The position numbers were made by a program, and so were the translations under genes. A DNA stretch of 64,000 nt from Balanoglossus misakiensis. Its lineage: Eukaryota; Animalia; Hemichordata. Below, in pieces: positions 11,901 through 22,655 of this stretch. A model generated the notes under the pieces. It saw only the letters and a list, made by a program, of their open reading frames with translations. It ran no database searches and was not told the DNA's origin. The stretch lies in the NCBI GenBank assembly GCA_040954595.2, contig CM082585.2:1006814-1070813 (forward strand), given 5' to 3'. Every line of letters begins with the position of its first letter. The first letter of the stretch is position 1.

Positions 11901-14310
11901 TACGGCCTGGTTACTGTGTGCTCTGGTTAATGTTGACGCAAAGGTTGACCCCCACCAAACACTCAAAATTTATGGGCACGATACTGGCCACTCTGGCCTA
12001 GTTAATGTTGACGCAAAGGTTGACCCCACCAAACACTCAAAATTAATGGGCACGATACTGGCCACTCTGGCCTAGTTAATGTTGACGCAAAGGTTGACCC
12101 CACCAAACACTCAAAATTAATGGGCACGATACTGGCCACTCTGGCCTAGTTAATGTTGACGCAAAGGTTGACCCCACCAAACACTCAAAATTAATGGGCA
12201 CGATACTGGCCACTCTGGCCTAGTTAATGTTGACGCAAAGGTTGACCCCACCAAACACTCAAAATTAATGGGCACGATACTGGCCACTCTGGCCTAGTTA
12301 ATGTTGACGCAAAGGTTGACCCCACCAAACACTCAAAATTAATGGGCAGAACACTGTCCACTACGGCCTGGTTACTGTGTGCTCTGGTTAATGTTGACGC
12401 AAAGGTTGACCCCACCAAACACTCAAAATTAATGGGCAGAACACTGTCCACTCGACCTGGTTACTGTGTGCTCTGGTTAATGTTGACGCAAAGGTTGACC
12501 CCACCAAACACTCAAAATTAATGGGCAGAACACTGTCCACTACGGCCTGGTTACTGTGTGCTCTGGTTAATGTTGACGCAAAGGTTGACCCCACCAAACA
12601 CTCAAAATTAATGGGCAGCACACTGTCCACTATGGCCTGGTTACTGTGTGCTCTGGTTAATGTTGACGCAAAGGTTGACCCCACCAAACACTCAAAATTA
12701 ATGGGCAGAACACTGTCCACTACGGCCTGGTTACTGTGTGCTCTGGTTAATGTTGACGCAAAGGTTGACCCCACCAAACACTCAAAATTAATGGGCAGAA
12801 CACTGTCCACTATGGCCTGGTTACTGTGTGCTCTGGTTAATGTTGACGCAAAGGTTGACCCCACCAAACACTCAAAATTAATGGGCAGAACACTGTCCAC
12901 TACTGCCTGGTTACTGTGTGCTCTGGTTAATGTTGACGCAAAGGTTGACCCCACCAAACACTCAAAATTAATGGGCAGCACACTGTCCACTATGGCCTGG
13001 TTACTGTGTGCTCTGGTTAATGTTGACGCAAAGGTTGACCCCACCAAACACTCAAAATTAATGGGCAGAACACTGTCCACTACGGCCTGGTTACTGTGTG
13101 CTCTGGTTAATGTTGACGCAAAGGTTGACCCCACCAAACACTCAAAATTAATGGGCAGAACACTGTCCACTATGGCCTGGTTACTGTGTGCTCTGGTTAA
13201 TGTTGACGCAAAGGTTGACCCCACCAAACACTCAAAATTAATGGGCAGAACACTGTCCACTACGGCCTGGTTACTGTGTGCTCTGGTTAATGTTGACGCA
13301 AAGGTTGACCCCACCAAACACTCAAAATTAATGGGCAGAACACTGTCCACTACGGCCTGGTTACTGTGTGCTCTGGTTAATGTTGACGCAAAGGTTGACC
13401 CCACCAAACACTCAAAATTAATGGGCAGAACACTGTCCACTATGGCCTGGTTACTGTGTGCTCTGGTTAATGTTGACGCAAAGGTTGACCCCACCAAACA
13501 CTCAAAATTAATGGGCAGCACACTGTCCACTATGGCCTGGTTACTGTGTGCTCTGGTTAATGTTGACGCAAAGGTTGACCCCACCAAACACTCAAAATTA
13601 ATGGGCAGAACACTGTCCACTACGGCCTGGTTACTGTGTGCTCTGGTTAATGTTGACGCAAAGGTTGACCCCCACCAAACACTCAAAATTAATGGGCACG
13701 ATACTGGCCACTCTGGCCTAGTTAATGTTGACGCAAAGGTTGACCCCACCAAACACTCAAAATTAATGGGCACGATACTGGCCACTCTGGCCTAGTTAAT
13801 GTTGACGCAAAGGTTGACCCCACCAAACACTCAAAATTAATGGGCATGATACTGGCCACTCTGGCCTAGTTAATGTTGACGCAAAGGTTGACCCCACCAA
13901 ACACTCAAAATTAATGGGCACGATACTGGCCACTCTGGCCTAGTTAATGTTGACGCAAAGGTTGACCCCACCAAACACTCAAAATTAATGGGCAGAACAC
14001 TGTCCACTACGGCCTGGTTACTGTGTGCTCTGGTTAATGTTGACGCAAAGGTTGACCCCACCAAACACTCAAAATTAATGGGCAGAACACTGTCCACTAC
14101 GGCCTGGTTACTGTGTGCTCTGGTTAATGTTGACGCAAAGGTTGACCCCACCAAACACTCAAAATTAATGGGCAGCACACTGTCCACTATGGCCTGGTTA
14201 CTGTGTGCTCTGGTTAATGTTGACGCAAAGGTTGACCCCACCAAACACTCAAAATTAATGGGCAGAACACTGTCCACTACGGCCTGGTTACTGTGTGCTC
14301 TGGTTAATGT
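2992..14310. repeat. Satellite array with two monomer types (90 bp and 74/75 bp), about 130 units, with higher-order repeats
   Basis: A constant 51-nt core GTTAATGTTGACGCAAAGGTTGACCCCACCAAACACTCAAAATTAATGGGC is followed by either a 39-nt tail AG(A/C)ACACTGTCCACTA(C/T)GGCCTGGTTACTGTGTGCTCTG or a 23-nt tail ACGATACTGGCCACTCTGGCCTA. The long ORFs on both strands are by-products of the 90-nt period. Confidence 0.97.
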
Positions 14311-14544
14311 TAATGGTAGGTCGTGGCTGTCTCATTTCAGGGATTTGTGGACTAAATGTCAATCTTTGTACTATTCGTACATGAAACTTTTCTTTCAAAT
14401 ACAACTTACAGACCAACATAGACAGTCATGCTTCTATAAGTATGACTATCTATTAAAGTAACATTCATATCATGATTGTTGTTTTACACTGTGTTTTCAA
14501 AGTAATTGTTGCAGTAAACCAATTGCCTTGCTTGGAAATATTAA

Positions 14545-14651
14545 AAGGGAAGTCCTGTCCAGCTGATTTATGCATAATTTCTACACAATGTTTTTTTCTG
14601 AAAGAATGACCTCAAAGCTACCCAATTATGTAGCTGAACCGGACTTCCCCT
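14545..14651. mobile_element. Small TTAA-flanked TIR element (Kolobok-like MITE remnant); related fragment at about 18140-18261
   Basis: TTAA-AAGGGAAGTCC...GGACTTCCCCT-TTAA. The internal CTGAAAGA.TGACCTCAAAGCTAC..AATTATGTAG is shared with 18200-18240. Confidence 0.65.
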
Positions 14652-14952
14652 TTAAATGCTACCAGTGAGCTTGTTTGTCTTTGTAAATACACTCAAGTAT
14701 TAATCCCCTTTTTCTCAGAATTCAATGCATCTTCATGCCATGAGGTGAGAGGACACTTTTGTTAGCAGGAGGGAAACAAATCCAAAATAAATAATAACAG
14801 TGCAAAGTTGGTCTGCTGACTTTTTCCACATTTCATTATTGAATTACGGCAAAATTATGAAATCCAATTATGAAATTCAGCTTTTTGTCCACTTTTTGTT
14901 GCTGCAAATTCATTGCGGTATAAAGGTCAATAATATGACAAATCTTGGTTAA

Positions 14953-15137
14953 AAGTATACAGTCACCTTCAATACACATTCCCATATATGGCTGAATGGC
15001 GTATTTGAGCATTCTAAAGAACATATGGTGGCGCCTGTTTTCCACGTGTGCCACCAAATGAAAATCTGTGATTGGCTAGATTTCAATTTTCCATGGTAAC
15101 TATATATAGCTAATTTTCCATGGGTGATCATATACCT
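14953..15137. mobile_element. TTAA-flanked MITE (Kolobok-like); second copy in opposite orientation at about 30232-30365
   Basis: TTAA-AAGTATACAGTCACC...GGTGATCATATACCT-TTAA. The body (ATCTGTGATTGGCT...CCATGGTAACTATA...GCTAATTTTCCAT) is the reverse complement of 30248-30345. Confidence 0.7.
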
Positions 15138-15166
15138 TTAACTCTATAGTTTAACATGATACTTAC

Positions 15167-15352
15167 GAACACATGATTGGTTAAAAGTGTAGACATCATA
15201 CATTGAGAGACCAGTTTCTCCAGGTGGCAGATAGAATCCACCTGTGCCGTTATTTGCATATAAGAGATAGCCTTCTTCACAGGAACATTGAAAACCACCT
15301 GCAGTGTTTTTACAAAGTTGATCACAAGAATGTGAAGCACATTCATTTATAT
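15167..15352 (-). CDS. Exon: calcium-binding EGF 2 plus Uif-type insert (DINECASHSCDQLCKNTAGGFQCSCEEGYLLYANNGTGGFYLPPGETGLSMYDVYTFNQSCV)
   Basis: ctttgtag|AT ... GTTC|gtaagt; 186 nt, phase 1-1. This frame is missed by the ORF track. Confidence 0.9.
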
Positions 15353-15873
15353 CTACAAAGAAGGAACATGGATTGGATTAAAACAATGTACGTTTAGTAA
15401 AATTGAAAGTATTGTCATTTCTTTTAATCGTGAATTTTGGGATTATCTTGTGTACGTACAAGATGAATCTGTGATAAAATAAAGGCGTCACCTTGCTTGC
15501 TTTTGAAATACAAGGCCATTAATTTAGTTGATAATAGAAGAAACCTGCTGACTCAGCATGGTTCACCAATGGTTTGTCTATGGACAAAAACCTTAAAGAA
15601 ATTTATCTCAAAATAGAGCATTGTAATCACACAATTTTATTTGACCAATGAATTTATATTTACTAGACTGAGCTATGTGTAAAATTTCGTGAAAATGACA
15701 ATAGTAGAAGTTTGTTTTCTAGCAATTATCAATGTAATCCTATGAGAAAAAGACACCTGAGATTAAAAGGTCATTCCAAAAATTTATCCGGAATTCTGAA
15801 ATAAGTTCGGAATGTGTTAAATGTGAAAATAGTGACTTGAAGTTATGTTGCAAGTGACTTGTTTATGTCTCAC

Positions 15874-16002
15874 CTTTGCATGCTGTTCCATTCACATCTG
15901 GTTCAAATCCCACCAAACATGCACACTGATAGTCACCATCTCTATTTTCACAGACTTGATTGATTCCACACCGTGCCACCAATGTACTACATTCATTGAT
16001 AT
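15874..16002 (-). CDS. Exon: calcium-binding EGF 1 (DINECSTLVARCGINQVCENRDGDYQCACLVGFEPDVNGTACK)
   Basis: tttcag|AT ... AAAG|gtgag; 129 nt, phase 1-1; six-Cys EGF pattern with DINEC. Confidence 0.92.
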
Positions 16003-16479
16003 CTGAAATGTTATTCATCAAGATATGATCAAAATCCCACAGGTCCGCTGGTAAATTCAGACCAACAAGTTTAGCTGGGAACCACCAGACCAACAGGAAA
16101 TTTTCACAAACAAATTTTCGCGAACTATGCAAGAGCCAAAAAAAAAAGACATTTTTGCGTAAAAAACTATTTTCAGTGATAACAATGTAGTGAAATACGA
16201 GAACATGAAAATTAATCGTCTCATAACAGTTTCTGCTTTTGATATCGCAAAAAATTTCTTTGTCGCGAAAATTTCCTGTTTTACAGTAATCAATGAAAAA
16301 TAAAATTACGAAAATCATGAAATTTCTGACAGCCATAGATTTGCATGGCATGAACTGTATGTCCTATCAGCATGTAGTTTAGGTGACATTTATGATAAAT
16401 AGTCAAATTACTGGAGTGATCGATTACGGTACCTCATAAGCAGACAACCACATGAAGACCAATCTTGATGTGAACTTAC

Positions 16480-16662
16480 CAATGCATGATGGTATTGCAC
16501 TATTCCACTGTAAATCGGATTGACAAGTCAGGTAATCAGCACCATTTAATTCATAGCCAGCATTACAATAGAATGTGATGTTACTGCCCATATAATATGG
16601 TCCACTATCAGGGACAGCTTGTAGATGTGGGTCTGTTATGAGTATATCACTGCAGTTCAATC
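16480..16662 (-). CDS. Exon: Sushi/CCP domain 4 (LNCSDIL...YYMGSNITFYCNAGYELNGADYLTCQSDLQWNSAIPSCI)
   Basis: ttgcag|GA ... ATTG|gtaagt; 183 nt; C-C-GY-G-C-W-P-C pattern. Confidence 0.92.
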
Positions 16663-16971
16663 CTGCAAGTAAAAAAAATAAAACACTATGTGGATGCAGA
16701 CTTGATTGTGGTATATATATTGGGTATCTGTATTCTGTCACAACTTTAACATTTTCACCCCAAGTTCCCACTATAAAAGTCCAGATACCATTGACTCCTT
16801 TTTTCAATTATCGACTAAATTCATGACTCTGTATTTCAAAAACAAGCGTGGTGACCCCTATATTTTATCACAAATTTTCATTATACATACATAGGATAAT
16901 CCAAAAATTAACAATTAAAAGAAATGACCATATTTTCAATTTTACTGAATGTACATCCTTAAATGACTTAA

Positions 16972-17139
16972 GTTGACAGTATCCTGGATCTCCAATCCAT
17001 GATCCATCTTCACCACATGTAGAGACAGTGTAGCCAGATGGACATGAGTAGGCAACGGTTGTTCCAAAAATCAATGAATCACCATTAACAATTTCATATG
17101 ATAAGTAGTTGTCTACATTCGGTGGTGGACACTCGCGAG
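16972..17139 (-). pseudogene. Exon: Sushi domain 3 with defective donor (TTAAGT in place of GTAAGT) and an apparent internal deletion
   Basis: aaacag|CT; RECPPPNV...FGTTVAYSCPSGYTVSTCGEDGSWIGDPGYCQ. The expected phase-1 donor at 16971-16970 reads TT, and the usual L.G segment after GY is missing. Confidence 0.8.
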
Positions 17140-17437
17140 CTGTTTGGATAAGATGAACAGATAACATTACAAGTGTGTTAATACTAGGAAAATGGTTTAA
17201 AGGGACATGCAGTAACCCTCACAATCCTGCATATTTTCAAGTTACCAGTGTCTGGTTTAACATTCAGTGTGTAATGTCCCAATTAGACACCCATGTGGAA
17301 TGTAGCAACCAGCACAAAGTGCCCCATCATAACGCTATGGAGAGAATTTCAACTTGAGTCAGTGATTTTTATGAAAACATGACAGTGAACACCCTGTGTT
17401 ATACTTTGTTTTCAAAACGACTCATCACACACTTTAA

Positions 17438-17737
17438 AGCCTCTAGAGCTGCCAAATTTCACAATTTTTTTCTTTTCCACAGTAAAACCTTTCAAATCTA
17501 TGGTGATGCATACCACGATAGCTAGCTGCATACTGTTTGTATGGAGGCTGATTTTAATAAAATGGGTACGGCACCTGTTTAATACATTGCACGTTTAAAT
17601 TGCAACATACAGCCACAATCAGGCATTGATGACATGTTCTTGTATCCCTATCAGTAAGCTTAATTATTTCAATGTACCAATCTACGTCGGAAAATAAAAT
17701 CTGAAAATAAATGCAAAAAGTGGCAGCTCTAGTGGCT
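17438..17737. mobile_element. TTAA-flanked MITE (Kolobok-like, AG...CT termini)
   Basis: TTAA-AGCCTCTAGAGCTGCCA ... TGGCAGCTCTAGTGGCT-TTAA. Confidence 0.75.
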
Positions 17738-17840
17738 TTAAAGCACTGAAAGGTTCAGAGGACTAACATTTTTCTGAAAATCCGTCTCCTAAGTGTGCAC
17801 TACAATGGCAGTTTAATTGTTTTCAAAAATATCAACTTAC

Positions 17841-18020
17841 GCTCGCATTGGGGCACAAGTGGACCCCAGACACCATCTGCTTGGCATTCCAATGAAGACA
17901 CATTATTTATAAACTGATAGCCCTCAATGCATTGATAATAAGCAATGCCACCATACACTGTACTGGTAACATTGGTAAGAATTCCATTGCTGCACTCAGG
18001 GGGTCCACCACATGTTATTC
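17841..18020 (-). CDS. Exon: Sushi domain 2 (ITCGGPPECSNGILTNVTSTVYGGIAYYQCIEGYQFINNVSSLECQADGVWGPLVPQCE)
   Basis: ttttag|GA ... GAGC|gtaagt; 180 nt, phase 1-1. Not in the ORF track. Confidence 0.9.
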
Positions 18021-18265
18021 CTAAAAAATAAACAACAAATTAGTGTCATTCAAGTTGTTGCTAACAATAGATTCAAGAGACAAATTAAGTCTCTCTCATC
18101 ACTGCACTTTTTTCATTAATTATCTTGGATACAAGACACCAGGCTAGGCATATTTGCATAGCTGGTACGACTTATACACGGCGAAAATGTTTTTTTTTTC
18201 CTGAAAGAGTGACCTCAAAGCTACAAAATTATGTAGATATCAGCTAGACCGGACATCCCCTTTAA

Positions 18266-18366
18266 CTACTGGATAACCGTCCGAGCATTGGAATGAGACA
18301 GAGACATCATACCTTCTATCTCTGTACTGGTCACCACGCCCTCACTAATCACAATTTCGGGACAGT
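18266..18366 (-). pseudogene. Exon remnant: Sushi domain 1, frameshifted and truncated at a TTAA element
   Basis: ttctgacag|AC gives DCPEIVISEGVVTST. Removing an extra GA gives DRRYDVSVSFQCSDGYPV, which then runs into TTAA-AGGGGATGTCCGG (a MITE end). Confidence 0.8.
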
Positions 18367-18441
18367 CTGTCAGAACAAGGATCACAATGATAAGAATGCA
18401 TGCAGACAAATACTTAAACTCATAAATGTCAGTTGTTTTAA

Positions 18442-18665
18442 AGTGAAGGGGTCGTCGCAATGCGTTTGTTTATAAACATTACAATTCATCCACAAATCCC
18501 TCAAATAAGATAATTCTTAGAATGAACGAAGCAGCTGACAGTATCCTAGACTGTCCATGACAGCAACTGAAGATCCTAGTAGGTCGTGGCTGTCTAATTT
18601 CAGGGATTTGTGGATGAATTGCAATGTTTATAAACAAACAAACGCAGTGCGACGACCCCATCACT
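18442..18665. mobile_element. Long-TIR MITE (TTAA/TTAT flanks, AG...CT termini)
   Basis: AGTGAAGGGGTCGTCGCAATGCGTTTGTTTATAAACATTACAATTCATCCACAAATCCCT... is mirrored at 18600-18665. Confidence 0.8.
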
Positions 18666-18886
18666 TTATTGAGTGTGATACAAGAGTGTTGCCATTCCTG
18701 TCAATGGTCCAAAATTGCATTGCAATTGTAAGAAATTACTGTCTCTGTTTTTCCAGCTCTTTGAAGTTTCGTAAAAATTCAAAAACATTTGCACCTTTCA
18801 ATTAATGACTCTAAATCACAAGGAATAAAGGGAGAGTGTGTTTCTAAGAATTCTGTAACAACTTTTTCTGAAATGTTAGTAAGTTA

Positions 18887-19093
18887 CTGTAAAACACTTT
18901 ATTTTCGCGAGCAAGAGATTTTCGCGAAATACGCGAGAGCCAAAATAGCGTGAAAATAAAAAGTTGCGTAATTTTTTTGAAGATAAAGATGCAATGGATG
19001 AAATAAGAGAACGCGAAAATTAACACTGGCGAAACAGTGGCCTCTCTCGATGTCGCGAAAAATTTCAACTCGTGAAAATAAAGTGTTTTACAG
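18887..19093. mobile_element. TA-flanked MITE family (CTGTAAAA...TTTTACAG, Tc1/mariner-like); other copies at 19567-19772 and 25065-25256, partial copies at about 16095-16287, 19326-19520 and 23030-23077
   Basis: TA-CTGTAAAACACTTTATTTTC(G/A)CGAG ... CTCGTGAAAATAAAGTGTTTTACAG-TA, with TTTTCGCGAAA internal motifs. Confidence 0.8.
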
Positions 19094-19102
19094 TATGTGT
19101 AC

Positions 19103-19286
19103 CTGGTGAAAATGAAGCCCTGAATCCTTTAGCTGGTCGTGTTCTACTACTCCTGAACACAACCGAAAAGTGTCCAATGTCTGTACGGCAATCGGGTGGT
19201 GGCACAGTGCCATCAATGACTCCATCAGAATTGCCACTCCATGGACCAATAATGACATCATCATCACTCTCAGTACCATTGTATAC
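19103..19286 (-). CDS. Exon: CUB3 C-terminal half (VYNGTESD...HFSVVFRSSRTRPAKGFRASFSP)
   Basis: tctgaag|GTA ... CCAG|gtacac; 184 nt, phase 0-1; V.F.S...GF.A.F CUB motif. Confidence 0.88.
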
Positions 19287-19939
19287 CTTCAGAAACAAAG
19301 ACAATTTAAGCATGCATTGTAAATACCGTAAAACGGGAAATCTTCACAACAGGAAATTTTCGCGATATCAAAGGTGGCTACTGTTACGCGACAATTAATT
19401 TTCACATTGGCATATTTTACTGCATTGTTATCTCTGAAGCATTTTAAGCGACTTTTTATTTTCATATATTTTGGCTCTCACATAGTTTACGAAAATTTAT
19501 CGTTCACGAAAATTTTATAGTATTCAATCCTTGTTGCATTTCCTGCTGTAACAGCTACTCAACATACTGTAAAATGGGAAATGTTCGCAAACAATAAATT
19601 TTCGCGATCTACGTGAGAGCCATCAAAACATGAAAATAAAAAGTTGCGTAAAAATGTTTTTCGGGGATAATGATGCAGTGAAATACAAGAACGTGAAAAG
19701 TTATTGTTGCATAACACTTGCCTCTTTTGATAACGCGAAAATTTCATGTTGCAAAAGTATCCCGTTTTACAGTATATATGTGATTAATTAAATTTCCAAA
19801 TTGTGTTCCAAAGTTGTATAGTTTGAAGTAATGTCTGCCAAAATTGTCAAACTAAAATCACTGCAAAATAATATGACAAATTTTTTAATATGACAAATAT
19901 TTTTAACATGGCTGACTCATGATCATATCTGATACTCAC

Positions 19940-20124
19940 AATGATGTAATCAACATCTGTGTTCCTCTCTAATCCAAAGTTCTCATCAAAGATAAGAGTT
20001 AATGGTCTTCCAGTTGGTTCCTTGATTAACCAGCTACACATAACATCATCAGGGTAAGTGCTAACATCATACCCTGGTGACTGAATCGTGCCAAAACTAC
20101 GCAGAATTTCAATTCCCTGGCAAC
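19940..20124 (-). CDS. Exon: CUB3 N-terminal half (GCQGIEILRSFGTIQSPGYDVSTYPDDVMCSWLIKEPTGRPLTLIFDENFGLERNTDVDYII)
   Basis: ttaaag|GT ... ATT|gtgag; 185 nt, phase 1-0; G.I.SPGY...YP....C.W motif. Confidence 0.92.
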
Positions 20125-20133
20125 CTTTAAAGA

Positions 20134-20880
20134 AACAAGTGACCTATCGGTCAAAAGAGCTCTGCTGACTTTAACAGTGAAACCTATAGCTGGGCAATGA
20201 TATGAATACCCTAGGTTTTAATCATAACAATTGTATTCTATTAAACAAAACCAAACATAGACATCACAAGTATTTAATATCCACATTCAGCCTGATTCAT
20301 TGTGCTAAAGAAAGAAAGAATTTATTCCTAAAGAACAACATCAAAAGGAAGTACCAAGGTACTAATTTGCATATTCATGACCCGATCAAAATTCCAATAA
20401 AACAAAATCAGGTAGGGGCACCATAACACACATTCTACCAAATTTCAGCTCCATCGTACATGTAGTTAGGGAGAAGAAGATTTTTTACCAAAAATTATAT
20501 TTTTAGATCTAATTTGCATATTCATGACCCGATCATATCCAAATTTATGAAATCAGGTAGGGGCACCATAACACACATTCCTGCCAAATTTCAGCTCAAT
20601 CGTACATGTAGTTAGGGAGAAGAAAATGTTTGACCAACATTCTATTTTAGATCTAATTTGCATATTTATGACCCCATCAAATCCAAATTTACAAAATCAG
20701 GTAGGGGCACCATAACACACATTCCTACCAAATTATAGCTAAATATGCAATGTCGTTTTAACGAAGAAGATTGAAATACCGAAAGTTGACGGACGACGGA
20801 CAACGGACGCCGGACGACAGACGGACACTTATCAACCTACTGCTACAGCTTGGCTGACACAAGTGACAGCCAAGCTAAAA
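20134..20880. mobile_element. Helentron-associated (HINE/DINE-like) non-autonomous element
   Basis: About 145-bp internal tandem repeats (GGTAGGGGCACCATAACACACATTC at 20411, 20556, 20700), a GACG/GACA microsatellite at 20788-20827, and a terminal stem-loop AGCTTGGCTG-10nt-CAGCCAAGCT (20847-20876) followed by an A-run. The left end (AACAAG-TGACCtatcGGTCA) is tentative. Confidence 0.65.
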
Positions 20881-21258
20881 ATACCAAACAAGGAATAATG
20901 AATTCAATCCACAGGTTTGGTGTAATCCTGGCTGCCTTTTATTTTGTGCTAGGGGATCAAATCACATAATAATTGCCTTCTGGATAAAAAGTCGTACGCG
21001 ACAGAAGAAATGACTGTTAACTGTATATGACTTCCTTAGGTCAAACCTTTCTGTCGTTATACATGTAGTTATCAAATTAAACTCATTTAACTTTTTTCAC
21101 ATTTTGTTATTTTTTCTGTTAAAAAGTTCCATAATGACCCAGTATCAGATTAGCTTATATTATAAACTTCCAGAAAGAATGGCAAAAGAAGATAGATCTG
21201 TGATCCTTACAATTCTTACTGGGTTGAAATTCTTTGGGAATGATTTTAAGTGATTTAA

Positions 21259-21608
21259 AGGGACAAAGTTTCTCTCACTCGCTGCCCTTTTCCCATTAAC
21301 TATGTTTGATACAAGACACTGTTTATGTTATTCTACATGTGGATATATAGTGAATCAACATTCAACCACGCACAACTTCCATCCCGTTTGTAGGATATGA
21401 GAGTAAAAATATTGCCAAAATGAATAAACGGTAGAGACCAATTATTCATTTTGGCGAGTTTTTTTCACTCTTGTGTCTACAAGTGGGATGGAAGTTGTTT
21501 GTGGTCAAACGTTGTTTCAATATATATCCACATGTAGAATAACATAAACGCTGAATTGTATCATCATAATTCCTGGAAAAAGGGTAGCGAGAGAGAGTGT
21601 TTGTCCCT
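21259..21608. mobile_element. Palindromic TTAA-flanked MITE family (Kolobok-like); copies also at 22011-22286, 33908-34198 and about 35000-35288
   Basis: TTAA-AGGGACAAAG...TTTGTCCCT-TTAA. Nearly the whole element is an inverted repeat (TTCTACATGTGGATATATAGTGAATCAAC / rc). Confidence 0.85.
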
Positions 21609-21693
21609 TTAAAACATTGTTCTCTTGCATCATGAATCCTTGATTGCCTCTTCATTCAAACAACGTCTTGATCAATTTGAATGCGTTACCTAC

Positions 21694-21895
21694 CTGCCCA
21701 GTAATGTACATGAAAACCTCTCATTGTAACTGCATCATCACTCTTAATGTCAACTCTCATCATACTTTTGGAAGATATGATGACATTGGGTAACTCCATC
21801 CCAGAAAATAAAGCAAGTCTGAGGGCAGGATTCAGTTCAGCGCCATCGTATACAGACACTTGATCAGCCCCATCTTCTGTTGCAAAGGAGATAAA
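21694..21895 (-). pseudogene. Exon: CUB2 C-terminal half with defective acceptor (CG in place of AG)
   Basis: FISFATEDGADQVSVYDG...MRVDIKSDDAVTMRGFHVHYWA G|gtagg. Its 202-nt length equals the CUB1 counterpart, but it is preceded by ttttccg instead of ttttcag. Confidence 0.82.
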
Positions 21896-22655
21896 CGGAA
21901 AAGATATAAAAAATAGCATCAAAGACACTTTGCTCCCATTTGATATGTACATTTAAATGTGACATACCGTACAATCATAGTGATCACAATTTCCTACACA
22001 AAACCATTAAGGGGCAAAGTCTCTCTCTCTCTCGCTGCCCCTTTTCCATTAATTATCGTTTGATTATCGTTTATGTTATTCTAGATGTGGATATATAGTG
22101 AATCAACATTCCATCCCGCTTCATTTTGGGCGAGATTTTTACTCTCATATCCTAAAAATGGGATGGAAGGTGTGTGTGGTCGAATGTTGATTCACTATAT
22201 ATCCTCATGTAGAATAACATAAACGGTGTCTTGTATCAAACATAATTAATGGGAAAAGGGCAGCGAGAGAGAGAGACTTCGTCCCTATAAGGACACCTTT
22301 AGCATTGATGAGGTAATATAAGAATACATCTGATAAAGAATATTTTCACATCCCAATAAACCAAAATCCAAAACAACTGGAAGAGCCGTTTCTGACATAA
22401 GTGGACTTTTGGACCAAAAATGTCTAAAACTACCCACCCCCCTCCTCCCCAGTATTGATATTTGTCACATGTTTATGTACACCATAATAACAAATATTGT
22501 AGGTCCTTGTAAACCAAATTTTAAGAAATCGGAAAAGTGACTACTGAGAATTGACCAGAAATGACAAAAATAAAATGTATTTTTAAAAATATAATTACTA
22601 TTTTTTGTCATGCTGTAAAACAACTCACACGATTAATTGCATCTGAATCCACTAC

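Noticed and set aside
2992-14310. CRISPR-like array (constant 51-nt repeat plus 23-39-nt spacer)
   Set aside because: The spacers are only two related, repeated sequences rather than unique ones. There are no cas genes, and the context is eukaryotic with spliceosomal introns.
3063-14461. Long repeat-protein CDSs (up to 694 aa) on both strands
   Set aside because: They follow from a stop-free 90-nt monomer. They are regularly broken by 74-, 75- and 89-nt units and have no unique termini or domains.
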